From a virus (lineage: Duplodnaviria > Caudoviricetes): a stretch of 64,000 bases of DNA. The translations under genes and the position numbers were made by a program. Below, piece by piece: positions 36,407 to 46,849 of this stretch. Numbering within the stretch: the stretch's first letter is position 1; every line of letters starts with the position of its first letter. The stretch covers positions 76,319 through 140,318 of IMG/VR virus record IMGVR_UViG_2645728028_000002; one strand, 5' to 3'. The notes below the pieces were generated by a model. It saw only the letters and a list, made by a program, of their open reading frames with translations. It was not told the origin of the DNA and did no database searches.

Positions 36407-37474
36407 GTGTCGGACTTACAAGAAATAAAGAAAAGAATACATAATGAAGGTAAGATTGAAGAAGTTTTAGAGATGTTAGATTGCTGGAGCATTAACACAG
36501 AACAGAATGGGAAACTTTATGTTGCTGGCTTACCCGATGGAGATAATGAACGAAGTGTACAAGTGAAAAATAACGAGTCACTAATCAGTCACATTCGATC
36601 TAAAGGCGTAGAAGGCAGTATATTTGATATTGTCAGTTACATTGTATTTAATGCGGACACAAAAGAAAAAAGAGATGACTCATTATCTAAAAGTAAGTTT
36701 TGGATTTGTCAGAAATTGAATTATCCAGAATACATAGATGAATTCTATAGAGTTACATCTGATGTAAAAGCAGAAAAGCCACAATTCAATTCTTGGTTAA
36801 AGAAAGTTAATCAAACAAAAGAGATTATAATTGTAGAAAATAACGTTTATCCAGTCAATGTACTAAGTAACTTTGGGACAATTCCCTATAAGAAATGGGT
36901 AGATGAAGGGTTATCTATAAAAACTCAAAAAGAGTTTCAGGTGGGAATAGATGTAAAAACTGAGCGTATTACCTTTGCTGTTCATAATAAAAATGGTGAG
37001 CTAATAGGGGTGAAAGGGAGATACTGCGGTAGCGATAAGAAAATTGAAGATCAATACAAGTATCTCTATCTCCTTCCTTGTAATAAATCAATTGAATTTT
37101 TCAATCTGCATAGAGCATTACCTCATATAAAAAATAAGAAAGAAGTAATTATTGTCGAGGGTGGAAAAACCACCATGTATCTTCATCAGTGGGGCTATAA
37201 AAATAGCATAAGTATTGAAGGAGATAGTTTGTCAGAATATCAGATACAAATATTGAAAAGTTTAGGGTTGGATATTAAATTTCTTTTTGCTTACGACAAG
37301 GATAAAGATGCTGCATTTATTGTACAAGAAGCGTCTAAATTAAATGGTCGAATGAAATATGGAATATTCGATAGGGATAACATGTTAACGGATAAGGACT
37401 CTCCAACAGATAAAGGAAAGTTAGTCTGGGAGAAATTATACAGCGATTTTCAATTTAAACTAAGGTTGGGATAA
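36407..37474 (+). CDS. DNA primase (YorJ-like, TOPRIM)
   Basis: RITFAVHN..GELIGVKGR, KYLY, VEGGK, AYDKD. Confidence 0.85.
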   Translation: MSDLQEIKKRIHNEGKIEEVLEMLDCWSINTEQNGKLYVAGLPDGDNERSVQVKNNESLISHIRSKGVEGSIFDIVSYIVFNADTKEKRDDSLSKSKFWICQKLNYPEYIDEFYRVTSDVKAEKPQFNSWLKKVNQTKEIIIVENNVYPVNVLSNFGTIPYKKWVDEGLSIKTQKEFQVGIDVKTERITFAVHNKNGELIGVKGRYCGSDKKIEDQYKYLYLLPCNKSIEFFNLHRALPHIKNKKEVIIVEGGKTTMYLHQWGYKNSISIEGDSLSEYQIQILKSLGLDIKFLFAYDKDKDAAFIVQEASKLNGRMKYGIFDRDNMLTDKDSPTDKGKLVWEKLYSDFQFKLRLG

Positions 37475-37475
37475 T

Positions 37476-39164
37476 ATGCAATACACATTAATTGGGGATA
37501 ATGATTACCTATTTAGTCCTGTAGATACAATCTTTAAAAATAGAGGGGTAACGAATAAGGAAGATATTTTAAATTTAGATGAGTCTAAATGTCATAGTTA
37601 TAAGTTATTAAAAAATATAGAGAGAGCTGCAGATTTATTAATTCGACATATCAATGAGGGCAGTGAAGTATTTGTTCAGGCAGATCCAGATTGTGATGGT
37701 TATTCTTCAACTTCAATGATAATTAATTATATAAAAAAATCTTTCGGTAAGTGTAATTTAACTTGGCACTTACCGAAAGGAAAAGAACACGGTGTTGAAG
37801 TGAAAAATGTACCAAATAATACTAAATTGGTCATAATTCCAGACTCAGGAAGTAATCAATATAAAGAACACAAGGAATTGCAGGAAAAAGGAATTGATGT
37901 AATTGTACTTGATCATCATATTTGTGAGGAAGAATCTAAAGATGCAATTGTAGTTAACAATCAATTATCACCTCTCTATCCTAATAAAAATTTATCTGGT
38001 GCAGGTATAGTGTATAAATTTTGTCAAGCTCTTGATGATAAATTAGGTCTTAATAATGCCGACAACTATTTAGATTTATTAGCTATAGGAAACATCGGAG
38101 ATATGATGGACTTGAGGGAACCAGAAACGAGATATCTCGTTAAACGGGGATTGGACAATATTCAAAATCCAATGTTAAAGGAAATAATTAAAAAACAAGA
38201 TTTTTCAATGAAAGGGACAGTGAATATTCACAATGTAGGCTTTTTTGTCTGCCCATTAATTAATGCAGGGGTTAGATTTGGTTCAAATGAAGACAAGAAA
38301 CAACTAATGGAAGCCTTGTTAGAGTCTAAAGAAGAAGTTTATTACAAAAAGAAAGATGTATATGAATCCATACAGGAAGCAACGGCAAGGAATCTAGGTA
38401 ACTTGAGAAATAGACAGAATACAGCAAGGGACAATAGTACAGAGAAGATTATTAGTATAGTTGAAAGTAGTAATCTAAAAGAACGTTCTATTATTGTTGC
38501 CAAAGTTGGTGATTTTCTTGATAAAAGCTTAACAGGATTAGTGGCAAATAATCTTGCGAAAAAGTATAAAAAACCTGTTGTTCTGTTAAGAGAAAAGGAA
38601 AACGGTATTTTCACTGGATCAGCAAGAGGATACGATAAAGGTAATATCAAAAACTTTAGAGAACACCTACTTGATACGGATTTATTCAACTTTTGTGAAG
38701 GTCACGATAACTCATTTGGTGTTGAAATTGAAACAGAGAGACTTAAAGAGCTTGAAGATTTACTTTTAAAAACTAAAGAAGAGTCCACAGGTACAGGAAT
38801 TGAAGTTGATTTTGAAATTCCTTTCAACGATATTGATAAACAATTGGTTCTAGAGGTAGGAGAATATAAAAATGAGTGGGGATCGACTATACAGGAACCC
38901 AAAATTATTTATAAAGGTTTGACTGTTGCAGCAAACGATATTTCTCTTATTGGAAAGAAGAAAAATACATTAAAACTCATAGTAAATGACATTGAATTCA
39001 TTAAATTCTTTGTAAAAAAAGAGGAATATGAAACGCATTTCAGTGAGGGTGAAACTTTTTATATAGATGTAATAGGAAAGTGCTCCATAAATGAATGGAA
39101 CGGTGTTAGAACCCCACAAATCGAAATATTAGAATATAAAGTTACTGAAACCTTGTTATTCTAA
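37476..39164 (+). CDS. recJ: RecJ-like ssDNA exonuclease (YorK-like, DHH)
   Basis: DPDCDG, DHH, LSGAG, INAGVR, GSARG, GH motifs. Confidence 0.9.
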   Translation: MQYTLIGDNDYLFSPVDTIFKNRGVTNKEDILNLDESKCHSYKLLKNIERAADLLIRHINEGSEVFVQADPDCDGYSSTSMIINYIKKSFGKCNLTWHLPKGKEHGVEVKNVPNNTKLVIIPDSGSNQYKEHKELQEKGIDVIVLDHHICEEESKDAIVVNNQLSPLYPNKNLSGAGIVYKFCQALDDKLGLNNADNYLDLLAIGNIGDMMDLREPETRYLVKRGLDNIQNPMLKEIIKKQDFSMKGTVNIHNVGFFVCPLINAGVRFGSNEDKKQLMEALLESKEEVYYKKKDVYESIQEATARNLGNLRNRQNTARDNSTEKIISIVESSNLKERSIIVAKVGDFLDKSLTGLVANNLAKKYKKPVVLLREKENGIFTGSARGYDKGNIKNFREHLLDTDLFNFCEGHDNSFGVEIETERLKELEDLLLKTKEESTGTGIEVDFEIPFNDIDKQLVLEVGEYKNEWGSTIQEPKIIYKGLTVAANDISLIGKKKNTLKLIVNDIEFIKFFVKKEEYETHFSEGETFYIDVIGKCSINEWNGVRTPQIEILEYKVTETLLF

Positions 39165-39188
39165 ATAGAAAAGAAATGAGGTGAAGAA

Positions 39189-41489
39189 TTGTTAATTCAA
39201 CCTAAGTTAGAGACAGAAGTAACAAAAAAGTATGAAAAACATTGGACTGATAATTTTGATGATATCGAAAGACTGTTTATAAAAGATACCCCAAAGTTAG
39301 GGGTATTTGATGCCGAAACAACTGGACTACATATTAAAAAAGATAAACCTTTTATGTGGGTATTTGGATGGCTGTTACCAAAAGAAAAACAAACTAACGA
39401 ATTAAAAGGAAGAGTTTTTGCTTTTGAACATGATTTAGTTCTTTTAGTAAAAATAATTAATCTATCAAAAGAAATAAAAATGCTTGTAGGACATAATGTA
39501 AAGTATGACCTACACATGCTAATCAATGGTGGGGTAGATGAAGAAATTGTCTACGACTTAAAGAATATCTCTGATACAATGGGAATTTGCAGAATGTCAT
39601 TCGATGCTGTTTCAGCTAGAGATGGAGGAGACATGTTGGGGCTAAAAAAAGTCTCTGAAAAATATATTGATCCAAGAGCAGCCGAATTTGAAAAAGAAGT
39701 TAAGAAGGAATTAAAAAGAATTAATGATGCAAAACGTGTAGTATTAAAGGATTTACTTAAACCTTATAAAGATATCGGATGGGGCTTAGGAAAGATAAAG
39801 GAAGCTTACAAAGTTAAAAAGAGAAATGAAATGGACATGTTTACAAAAGAGCGTAAACAAAGATGGCTTGAAATACCAAAAGAAATTGAAAATTTATATT
39901 TCAATTGGCTTGAAGAACACCCTTTTGCCGATTACTCTGAAGTTGATAGAAATATTATGATGGAGTATGTTCATGGTGATGGTATTTACACATTAGAACT
40001 TGTTGAAAAGTTTTATCCTACAGTATTACAAAGAAAGCAGAAAGAATTATTTGAAAAAGAAAATAAATTGATAATCGAATTATTAAAAATGGAACGTGTA
40101 GGCATGACAGTAAATATGGATTACCTAAAGGAATGTTTTGAGAAATGTGATAATGAAATTCAGAAGCTTTATGAAGAATTGTGGAATATAGTTGGAGAGT
40201 TTTTTACTGTCTCACAAGAGAAAGTTATTGCGGATTATTTTGAAAAGTTGCTTGGTGAAAGACCCTCTTCAACAGATAAATCCTTCTTGAAAAAGCATAA
40301 GGAAGATCGAGTTTCACAATTAATCACTAGGTTAAGACGATTAGAAAAATGGCAATCCACATACATTTCAAGAATAATTGAAGTTGCTGAATATGATGGG
40401 AATTTCTATACTCAATATGGCCAATTCAATACTGTCTCTGGGAGATTAGGCTCTGATGCACAGCAGTTTCCAAAGGAAAGGATTCTCTCAGAAGAAGGAG
40501 AAAAATACGAAAAGGAACACGGAGAAGGAAAAGCGCCTGTGGAGATGGAAATCTTTTCACCAAGAAGAGCGTTTATTCCTAGAGGTGGGAAATATGGTAA
40601 GATTGCTTATTTTGACTTGTCTCAAATTGAGTTAAGGGCACAAGCAAACTACACTATGCTTCTAGGCAGACCTGATCTCAACTTATGTCGTGCATACATG
40701 CCTTATAAATGTAAGCATTATAAAACAGGAGAAGAGTATAAGTACGACACTAAAATTGAACGTATGAGATGGATCGAAAAGAAAGATGATGGAACATCAG
40801 TGTGGTTAATGGAGGACGGTTCACCTTGGGTTCCTACTGATGTTCATAGTGAGACTAGTCACAATACACTGATCGCTTTGGCTTATAAATGTGCAGAAAA
40901 GTATAAAGAATACTTTCATGATACAGAGTCACCAGTTGATGAAAAATCATTCAAAAAGTTTTGGAGATACATAGGAAAAATGTTTAACTTCATGCGTAAC
41001 TATGGTGGAGGAGCAAAGAAAGCCTCTGAAGCTTTAGAAGTATCAATGGAAATTGCAAATGCATTAGTTTCTGGCTGGTCTAGCACATTCCCTGAAGTGG
41101 CGTATTATCAAAAAATGGTAGGGAGTAAAGTACAAAAGGCTAATCATGCTACAAACATGTATGGCAGAGTTTACTATCTGTCAAATACAGAAAAGGCTTA
41201 TAAAGTTGGAAACTACCTTGTACAAGGCTCATGTGCAGATATGCTTAAAGACTATGTAGTTAGAATCGGTGAATGGTTGAAACAAAATAAATGTAAGACA
41301 TTGTTTTTAGCTAATATTCATGATGAACTCCAATTCCTTGTTTATGAAGGAGAGGAATGGATATTTCCATACATTAAGCAGATCATGGAAGACGTTGATT
41401 GGATGAAAGTACCTGTAGTTGTTGACTTGGAGATAACTGAAACAACATGGGCAGATAAAAAAGAAGTTCACATTGAATTGCCAGCTTAA
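39189..41489 (+). CDS. polA: family A DNA polymerase with 3'-5' exonuclease
   Basis: FDAETTGL, GHNVKYD, TVSGRL, DLSQIELR (motif A), KMFNF..NYG (motif B), IHDEL (motif C). Confidence 0.92.
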   Translation: MLIQPKLETEVTKKYEKHWTDNFDDIERLFIKDTPKLGVFDAETTGLHIKKDKPFMWVFGWLLPKEKQTNELKGRVFAFEHDLVLLVKIINLSKEIKMLVGHNVKYDLHMLINGGVDEEIVYDLKNISDTMGICRMSFDAVSARDGGDMLGLKKVSEKYIDPRAAEFEKEVKKELKRINDAKRVVLKDLLKPYKDIGWGLGKIKEAYKVKKRNEMDMFTKERKQRWLEIPKEIENLYFNWLEEHPFADYSEVDRNIMMEYVHGDGIYTLELVEKFYPTVLQRKQKELFEKENKLIIELLKMERVGMTVNMDYLKECFEKCDNEIQKLYEELWNIVGEFFTVSQEKVIADYFEKLLGERPSSTDKSFLKKHKEDRVSQLITRLRRLEKWQSTYISRIIEVAEYDGNFYTQYGQFNTVSGRLGSDAQQFPKERILSEEGEKYEKEHGEGKAPVEMEIFSPRRAFIPRGGKYGKIAYFDLSQIELRAQANYTMLLGRPDLNLCRAYMPYKCKHYKTGEEYKYDTKIERMRWIEKKDDGTSVWLMEDGSPWVPTDVHSETSHNTLIALAYKCAEKYKEYFHDTESPVDEKSFKKFWRYIGKMFNFMRNYGGGAKKASEALEVSMEIANALVSGWSSTFPEVAYYQKMVGSKVQKANHATNMYGRVYYLSNTEKAYKVGNYLVQGSCADMLKDYVVRIGEWLKQNKCKTLFLANIHDELQFLVYEGEEWIFPYIKQIMEDVDWMKVPVVVDLEITETTWADKKEVHIELPA

Positions 41490-41643
41490 GGAGGTGTGAA
41501 GTCCAATGATATCAAGGCTAAAAGACAGTATAAATCACTATAAAATTAAACTTTTATCTCAAGAGTCAATGCTGCTGGAATCAGTGTTGATATTGATCTC
41601 ATTTATTATTTTGATCGGAGTTCATAATTTTGCAAAATAAGTG

Positions 41644-41672
41644 TTGTAATATCAAATAATTTAACATATAAT
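41644..41672 (+). promoter_or_regulatory. sigma-A promoter with operator variant
   Basis: TTGTAA-17(tatcaaataatttaaca)-TATAAT. Confidence 0.65.
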
Positions 41673-41732
41673 AAAATTAATCAAATAAGAAAGGAAGTGA
41701 TGAGCCTAACCTTGGCAAGTTAGGTGATCAAT

Positions 41733-42378
41733 ATGAAACTAAAACATCCAGTTAGCGCAAGTATTATTGGGGGTTTACTGATAACTAATATTGTTACTGG
41801 TTATCAGTTTTCCTCAGAATATCATAAACAAGAGTTAGAGATTCATAAGAAAGAGGAGACCATAAACAGACAGCAGGGAAGTATATTTGAGAAAAATAGC
41901 TTGTTAGAGAAGCAGCAAGGTGAACTGAATACATATAAAGAAACTGAATCAAAATTAAATAATCAAATAAATATAAAAGACGATGAAATTAATAAACTCA
42001 AAAAACAACTTGAGGAGACAAAGAAAAGGGAGAAGGAGTCACCCTAGAAAACAAGTTGTGAGTAGAGGGAAAGTTTCAAGTAAGCAATATTTTGAAGTCA
42101 CAGCTTACACTGCAGGCTACGAATCAACTCAGAAGCGTAAAGGCGATAAAGGGTACGGTATTACAGCTAGTGGGACTACAGTGAGTGAAGGGCGTACAGT
42201 GGCATGCCCTAAATCTATACCATTTGGAACTAAAGTAAATATTGAAGGGGTGGGACTAAGAATTTGTGAAGATCGTGGGAGTGCCATAACTAACGGACAT
42301 TTAGACGTCTATATGGGTAGTTTAAGTCAAGCACAAAAGTTTGGTAGAAAGGTGTTGTCAGTGGAAATTTTAAATTAG
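41733..42378 (+). CDS. membrane-anchored coiled-coil plus 3D-domain cell-wall enzyme (YorM-like), split by a +1 frameshift
   Basis: ORF1 (signal/TM and coiled coil) ends AAGGAG-TCA-CCC-TAG. The +1 frame continues RKQVVSRG...VTAYT...GITASG...EDRGSAI..HLDVYM (3D domain). Confidence 0.8.
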
Positions 42379-42390
42379 GAGGGAGATTAA

Positions 42391-42909
42391 ATGCAAGTAA
42401 TTTACGAATATAAAATAGGTGACGAAATTAGAGTAAATAAAAAAGCTAAAGCAGGTATGCCTAACTATGTTGGTAAAATAGGGAGAGTTATAGGATTCAT
42501 TTCAAATGGTTCTTTTGATTATGAAGTAGCATTTGATCAGCATACTTATGGAAAGTTCAAAGAGGAAGAGATTGATTTGTACGTTGGAGGAGATATTATG
42601 GAGAAAAATTATTTTGAAGAAAAAGGCTTAGAAATTGGCAAGTTGGTTAATAAAAAACAAGCAGCATATGGGGATTCGATTGGTAAGACGAGTAAGTTAA
42701 TGAAGGTGTTCCTTGAAGGATATAAGAATGAAGATAATACATATACAATTCCAGAAGAATTATTGGATCACATTTTACTTCAAGTAAGGATTATAGACAA
42801 ACAAAATAGAATTTTCTCGAATCCAAAAGGAGATTTAATGCAGGAAAATCCATATGCTGATACGGTTGGATATTCATTATTGGGAATGAGAATGGCTGAA
42901 CAAAAATAA
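42391..42909 (+). CDS. YorP-like domain fused to a nucleotide-modification-associated (MazG-like) domain
   Basis: KKQAAYGDS...RIIDKQNRI...ENPYADTVGYSLL. Confidence 0.6.
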   Translation: MQVIYEYKIGDEIRVNKKAKAGMPNYVGKIGRVIGFISNGSFDYEVAFDQHTYGKFKEEEIDLYVGGDIMEKNYFEEKGLEIGKLVNKKQAAYGDSIGKTSKLMKVFLEGYKNEDNTYTIPEELLDHILLQVRIIDKQNRIFSNPKGDLMQENPYADTVGYSLLGMRMAEQK

Positions 42910-43110
42910 TAGTTTTAAAGAGAGTGAGATGATACCTATCTTTAAATACATAGCATACGTTGTAGATACTGCTACTTTCAATTTCTATTACAAATGGTTT
43001 TATGGGTCAGATATTCGCATATTTGATAATTGTAGCTGGATTGCTTATAAGAGGAATTTACAATAATACAACTCATTTATTTAGAAATAATCAAACAAGG
43101 AGACATACAT

Positions 43111-43386
43111 ATGAACAGATCAAGAGTAAGACAACAAAAGGTTAAGGAACTGGTCACTCAGTTTCCTTTCCTTACTGAAAACACAAATCAACTTGTTACG
43201 TATTATTGGAGCCATGTAGAGGGAGCAAAGGATTTCACGGATGTGCTAATGTGCTCATCTTCAGAAGCTATCACAAGAGCATTTAGACGATTGGTTAAAT
43301 CAGGGGAAATTGTATTGTCTAAGGAAGAAAAAGAAAGAAGGCAGCAGTATCAGGAAAGTTTTAGGGAAGATTATCAACCAATTTAA
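43111..43386 (+). CDS. hypothetical protein
   Basis: AAGGAG RBS; SEAITRAFRRL. Confidence 0.65.
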   Translation: MNRSRVRQQKVKELVTQFPFLTENTNQLVTYYWSHVEGAKDFTDVLMCSSSEAITRAFRRLVKSGEIVLSKEEKERRQQYQESFREDYQPI

Positions 43387-43401
43387 AGGAGGAAATTAAT
43401 T

Positions 43402-43857
43402 ATGATGTTATTTTTAACACTGTTCTTTTTGATTTACTATGTAGTTCTTTTAGTGAAAGGAAACTTCTTTCAAGGTGTCAGAATTGCAATGGGAGAAGAT
43501 GAAATTAAGAAACAGAAACTAGGAATGGATAATTATAAGCCTGATAGTGATTTAGTAATTAAAACATTACTGCTGATGCTTTTTATTATTCCTTTCTCGA
43601 TTACCATAATTATTTATCTATGCGTTGCTACACAATATGATCTTTTAAAGTACCCAACACTGGGCTTGTTAGTCTATTACACAGTTTCTCTAATGTGGGG
43701 ATTTATCAAAGGAAAAACAAAAATCGATTTATCATCTGAAGACAAAATTGAAAAATATCGTAAGAAGCTGCAAAGAAAAAGAACACTAAAGGGAACATTA
43801 CTTCAATTGATCTGGGTTGCTTATTTTGGGTACATGGCTTACATGCTCGTACTATAA
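43402..43857 (+). CDS. multi-TM membrane protein
   Basis: Four hydrophobic segments; AAGGAGG RBS. Confidence 0.7.
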   Translation: MMLFLTLFFLIYYVVLLVKGNFFQGVRIAMGEDEIKKQKLGMDNYKPDSDLVIKTLLLMLFIIPFSITIIIYLCVATQYDLLKYPTLGLLVYYTVSLMWGFIKGKTKIDLSSEDKIEKYRKKLQRKRTLKGTLLQLIWVAYFGYMAYMLVL

Positions 43858-44272
43858 AATAAGTAAATAAAACAGGAGTTTTATAGTGAGCATTAGACAC
43901 ATATTGTTCACTAAAGGAGGCAAGGGGAAATGCACAAAGAATGCGTGAAATGCGAAGGTATATTCCAGTATAACGAGCAAATTTATTTAGATATTAACAA
44001 TCAATCTTATTGTGAAGCCTGTTATAAAGAAATGCAGAATAGAGGTGAGTAGTAGTGTTTATGGAGACAAGAAAAGTACTTTGGGAATACGAAGATAGAC
44101 TAGATATAGATGTAACCGAGGGAATGTTTCGTACTAGTAAAGTTATAGATGGTGTAAGAATGTACCCTTATATATTGATTGATTTTGGTATGTATTTTTT
44201 AGAACAGTGATGCACAATACGAAGATGTAACGCAATCAAAAGAATATTTGATTGGGAAATGAGGTGGTTAAA

Positions 44273-44989
44273 ATGCCAAAATTATCTCCAGAAGAAAAAG
44301 AAAGGCGAAAACAAGAAAGAAATCAAAGACGATGGCTTGAGACTCACAAAATTTTCAATGATATAACTTATAAAGTTTGCACAAATTGCTCTGAATGGTT
44401 TGAGATGAATGATGAAAACTTTTACATAAATAAGAGTAATAGTTTAGATGGATATCACCCTTATTGCAAACAATGCTCAAGTAAGAAAGCAAAGAAATGG
44501 TGTGATGATAATCCAGAGATCACTAAAGCTGCTAAACGTAAATATAATAAATCTCCTAAAGGTAGACCTAAGTTAGCAGCAAATGCACAGAGACAGAGAG
44601 AAAATGGTGACTACTATAAGTGGAGAAGGGAGAATAAAGAGTATCTTTATGAATGGCGAAGAAAAAGAGACATGAATAAAAAACATGAAATATCTGCAAC
44701 CGAATGGGAATCCTGCAAAAAATATTTTAATGACTGCTGCGCCTATTGTGGAATCACAGAAGAACAAGCAAGGGATGATCAAGGACAAAATCTACATAAA
44801 GAACATGTAAACCATCGTGGAGCAAATGATTTATCTAACTGCATACCTTCATGTAGAATTTGTAATTCAAGTAAGTGGGCTAAAGACTTTGATGAATTTT
44901 ACAATAAAGACAATTTAAATTTTACTGCTGGAAGACTACATAAAATTAGAAAATGGCTAACTGAGGATTATTTGCTATATAAAGAGTAA
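44273..44989 (+). CDS. HNH endonuclease, paralog of 24201..24848
   Basis: CAYCG...LHKEHV...NDLSNCIPSCRICNSSK; flanked by repeat sites 44235 and 44996. Confidence 0.88.
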   Translation: MPKLSPEEKERRKQERNQRRWLETHKIFNDITYKVCTNCSEWFEMNDENFYINKSNSLDGYHPYCKQCSSKKAKKWCDDNPEITKAAKRKYNKSPKGRPKLAANAQRQRENGDYYKWRRENKEYLYEWRRKRDMNKKHEISATEWESCKKYFNDCCAYCGITEEQARDDQGQNLHKEHVNHRGANDLSNCIPSCRICNSSKWAKDFDEFYNKDNLNFTAGRLHKIRKWLTEDYLLYKE

Positions 44990-45223
44990 ATCCCAATCTA
45001 ATCAAGATTTTATAGGAAGATTAGGAGGTTATTAGATGAAACCTATAGATAGAAATTCATTGAATGAAAAAAGAGATGAGTTAATGATACAACTACTGGA
45101 AGAAGGTTATACATCGAAAGAACTGTCAGTAATTTTCAATAAGCATGTACTTGATATAGAAGAAGTATTAGAAAAGAAAGGCTACGGCTTAATAAATAAA
45201 AATAATTAAATAGGAGTGAATAA

Positions 45224-46174
45224 ATGACTAAACCCAAAGTGATATCACTATTCAGTGGTGCAGGTGGAATGGATTTAGGATTTATCAATGCTGGATTTGA
45301 AGTAGTTTGGGCAATTGATTTTGAGCCAGATGCCTGTGAGACATATAGCAAAAACATTGGAGATCATATCGTCTGTGAAGATATTACTCAAGTAAAAACT
45401 GAAAATCTTCCAGACTGTGACATTATTATTGGAGGATCACCATGTCAAGGATTTTCTAATGCAAACAGACAGACAAACTTCCTAGATAATCCTAAGAATT
45501 TAATGGTGAGAGAATACATACGTGTAGTAAAAGATAAGCAGCCAAAAGTATTTGTTTTAGAGAATGTTCCAAGATTGCTGACTGCTGGTAAAGGTAAATT
45601 CTTAAATGAAATTAAAGAACAATTATCTAATTATCACATAGAAGTTAAAGTGTTAAATGCAGTTGATCATGGAATTGCACAAAAGAGGAGAAGAGCAATA
45701 CTTATAGGCAGCTTAATAGGAGAAATAAAACATCCAGTTGCTAAAAAAGAAACAATGACTATTCGAGATGTGCTTACAAACATTTCTGATGAGTTACCAA
45801 ATCAGGATGAATACAGGGCATCTAGAGAATCAACTATTGAGAAAATGAAATTAATTAAACAAGGTGACAATGTACATAGTTTACCAGCTTCATATAATGT
45901 TAGTCCGAATACTCATGAGAATGTGTATAGAAGGCTGGATTTAAATGAACCATCACATACTTTAGCTCATGCAGGAAAAACAGTTACGATTCATCCAACA
46001 GAAGATAGGATCATCTCAATAAGAGAAGCAGCAAGAATACAGTCATTTCCTGATGACTTCACCTTTTATGGGGATTTAAATAGTAAGTATCAACAGTTGG
46101 CAAACGCTGTCCCACCTAAGATGGCTGAAGAAATTGCAAAAGAGATACATAAGCACATACATAATAAGAACTAA
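45224..46174 (+). CDS. DNA (cytosine-5)-methyltransferase, orphan
   Basis: FSGAGG, GSPCQGFS, ENV, QKRRR, RIQSFPD, ANAVPP. Confidence 0.93.
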   Translation: MTKPKVISLFSGAGGMDLGFINAGFEVVWAIDFEPDACETYSKNIGDHIVCEDITQVKTENLPDCDIIIGGSPCQGFSNANRQTNFLDNPKNLMVREYIRVVKDKQPKVFVLENVPRLLTAGKGKFLNEIKEQLSNYHIEVKVLNAVDHGIAQKRRRAILIGSLIGEIKHPVAKKETMTIRDVLTNISDELPNQDEYRASRESTIEKMKLIKQGDNVHSLPASYNVSPNTHENVYRRLDLNEPSHTLAHAGKTVTIHPTEDRIISIREAARIQSFPDDFTFYGDLNSKYQQLANAVPPKMAEEIAKEIHKHIHNKN

Positions 46175-46218
46175 TTTAATATAAAACTTCAATTTTACGG
46201 GGAAAAGGGGAACGAAAT

Positions 46219-46791
46219 ATGAGTCGAATTGATGTAATGGTTGACATTGAAACATTAGGAACAGGATCTAACGCAACTATATTCCAAATAGCTGCAGTTG
46301 CTTTTAACATTGAAACAGGTGAACATTGCTCAAAATTCAATATGATTGCTGATATATCTAAGAGTAGAAAATTAAATGTTGACGGTTCAACTCTCAAATG
46401 GTGGCTAAACACTAATAAGGAATTATTAACTGACTTGCTAAATAAAGGTGAAGAATCGAGTGAGGATTTACTTTCTAAGTTCAATAATTGGCTTATGTAT
46501 TTAACTTCTGATCTTAGAGATATTTATTTATGGGGAAACGGTATCTTATTTGATAATAAAATGATTCAACAGCAATTAACAGATTCAGGAGAAGTATATC
46601 CTATTTTCTATAAAAATGACCGAGATGTAAGGACGATTGTAGATTTAGCAGGAAAGAAGCTAGGTATTACCGAGCAAGAATTAAAAGATAAGTTTAAGGA
46701 TGACAAATTAGTTCATCATGATGCATTCGATGACGTTAAGTATCAGATTAACCTAGTAGCGGGCTGCTACAAATTATTAATTAGTAAATAA
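46219..46791 (+). CDS. DEDDh 3'-5' exonuclease (Rv2179c/DUF5051-like)
   Basis: MVDIETLG, TLKWW, WGNG..FD, RDVRT, HDAFDDVKYQ. Confidence 0.85.
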   Translation: MSRIDVMVDIETLGTGSNATIFQIAAVAFNIETGEHCSKFNMIADISKSRKLNVDGSTLKWWLNTNKELLTDLLNKGEESSEDLLSKFNNWLMYLTSDLRDIYLWGNGILFDNKMIQQQLTDSGEVYPIFYKNDRDVRTIVDLAGKKLGITEQELKDKFKDDKLVHHDAFDDVKYQINLVAGCYKLLISK

Positions 46792-46849
46792 TTTATTATA
46801 AAATTTAGGTTTTAAAGTAAAATATAATCCAAATAAGGAGCTGATAGCA

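Noticed and set aside
41983-42378. Independent 131-aa gene, or a simple pseudogene
   Set aside because: There is no RBS at 41983 and no export signal, and the junction has canonical +1 frameshift geometry. A sequencing indel cannot be fully excluded.
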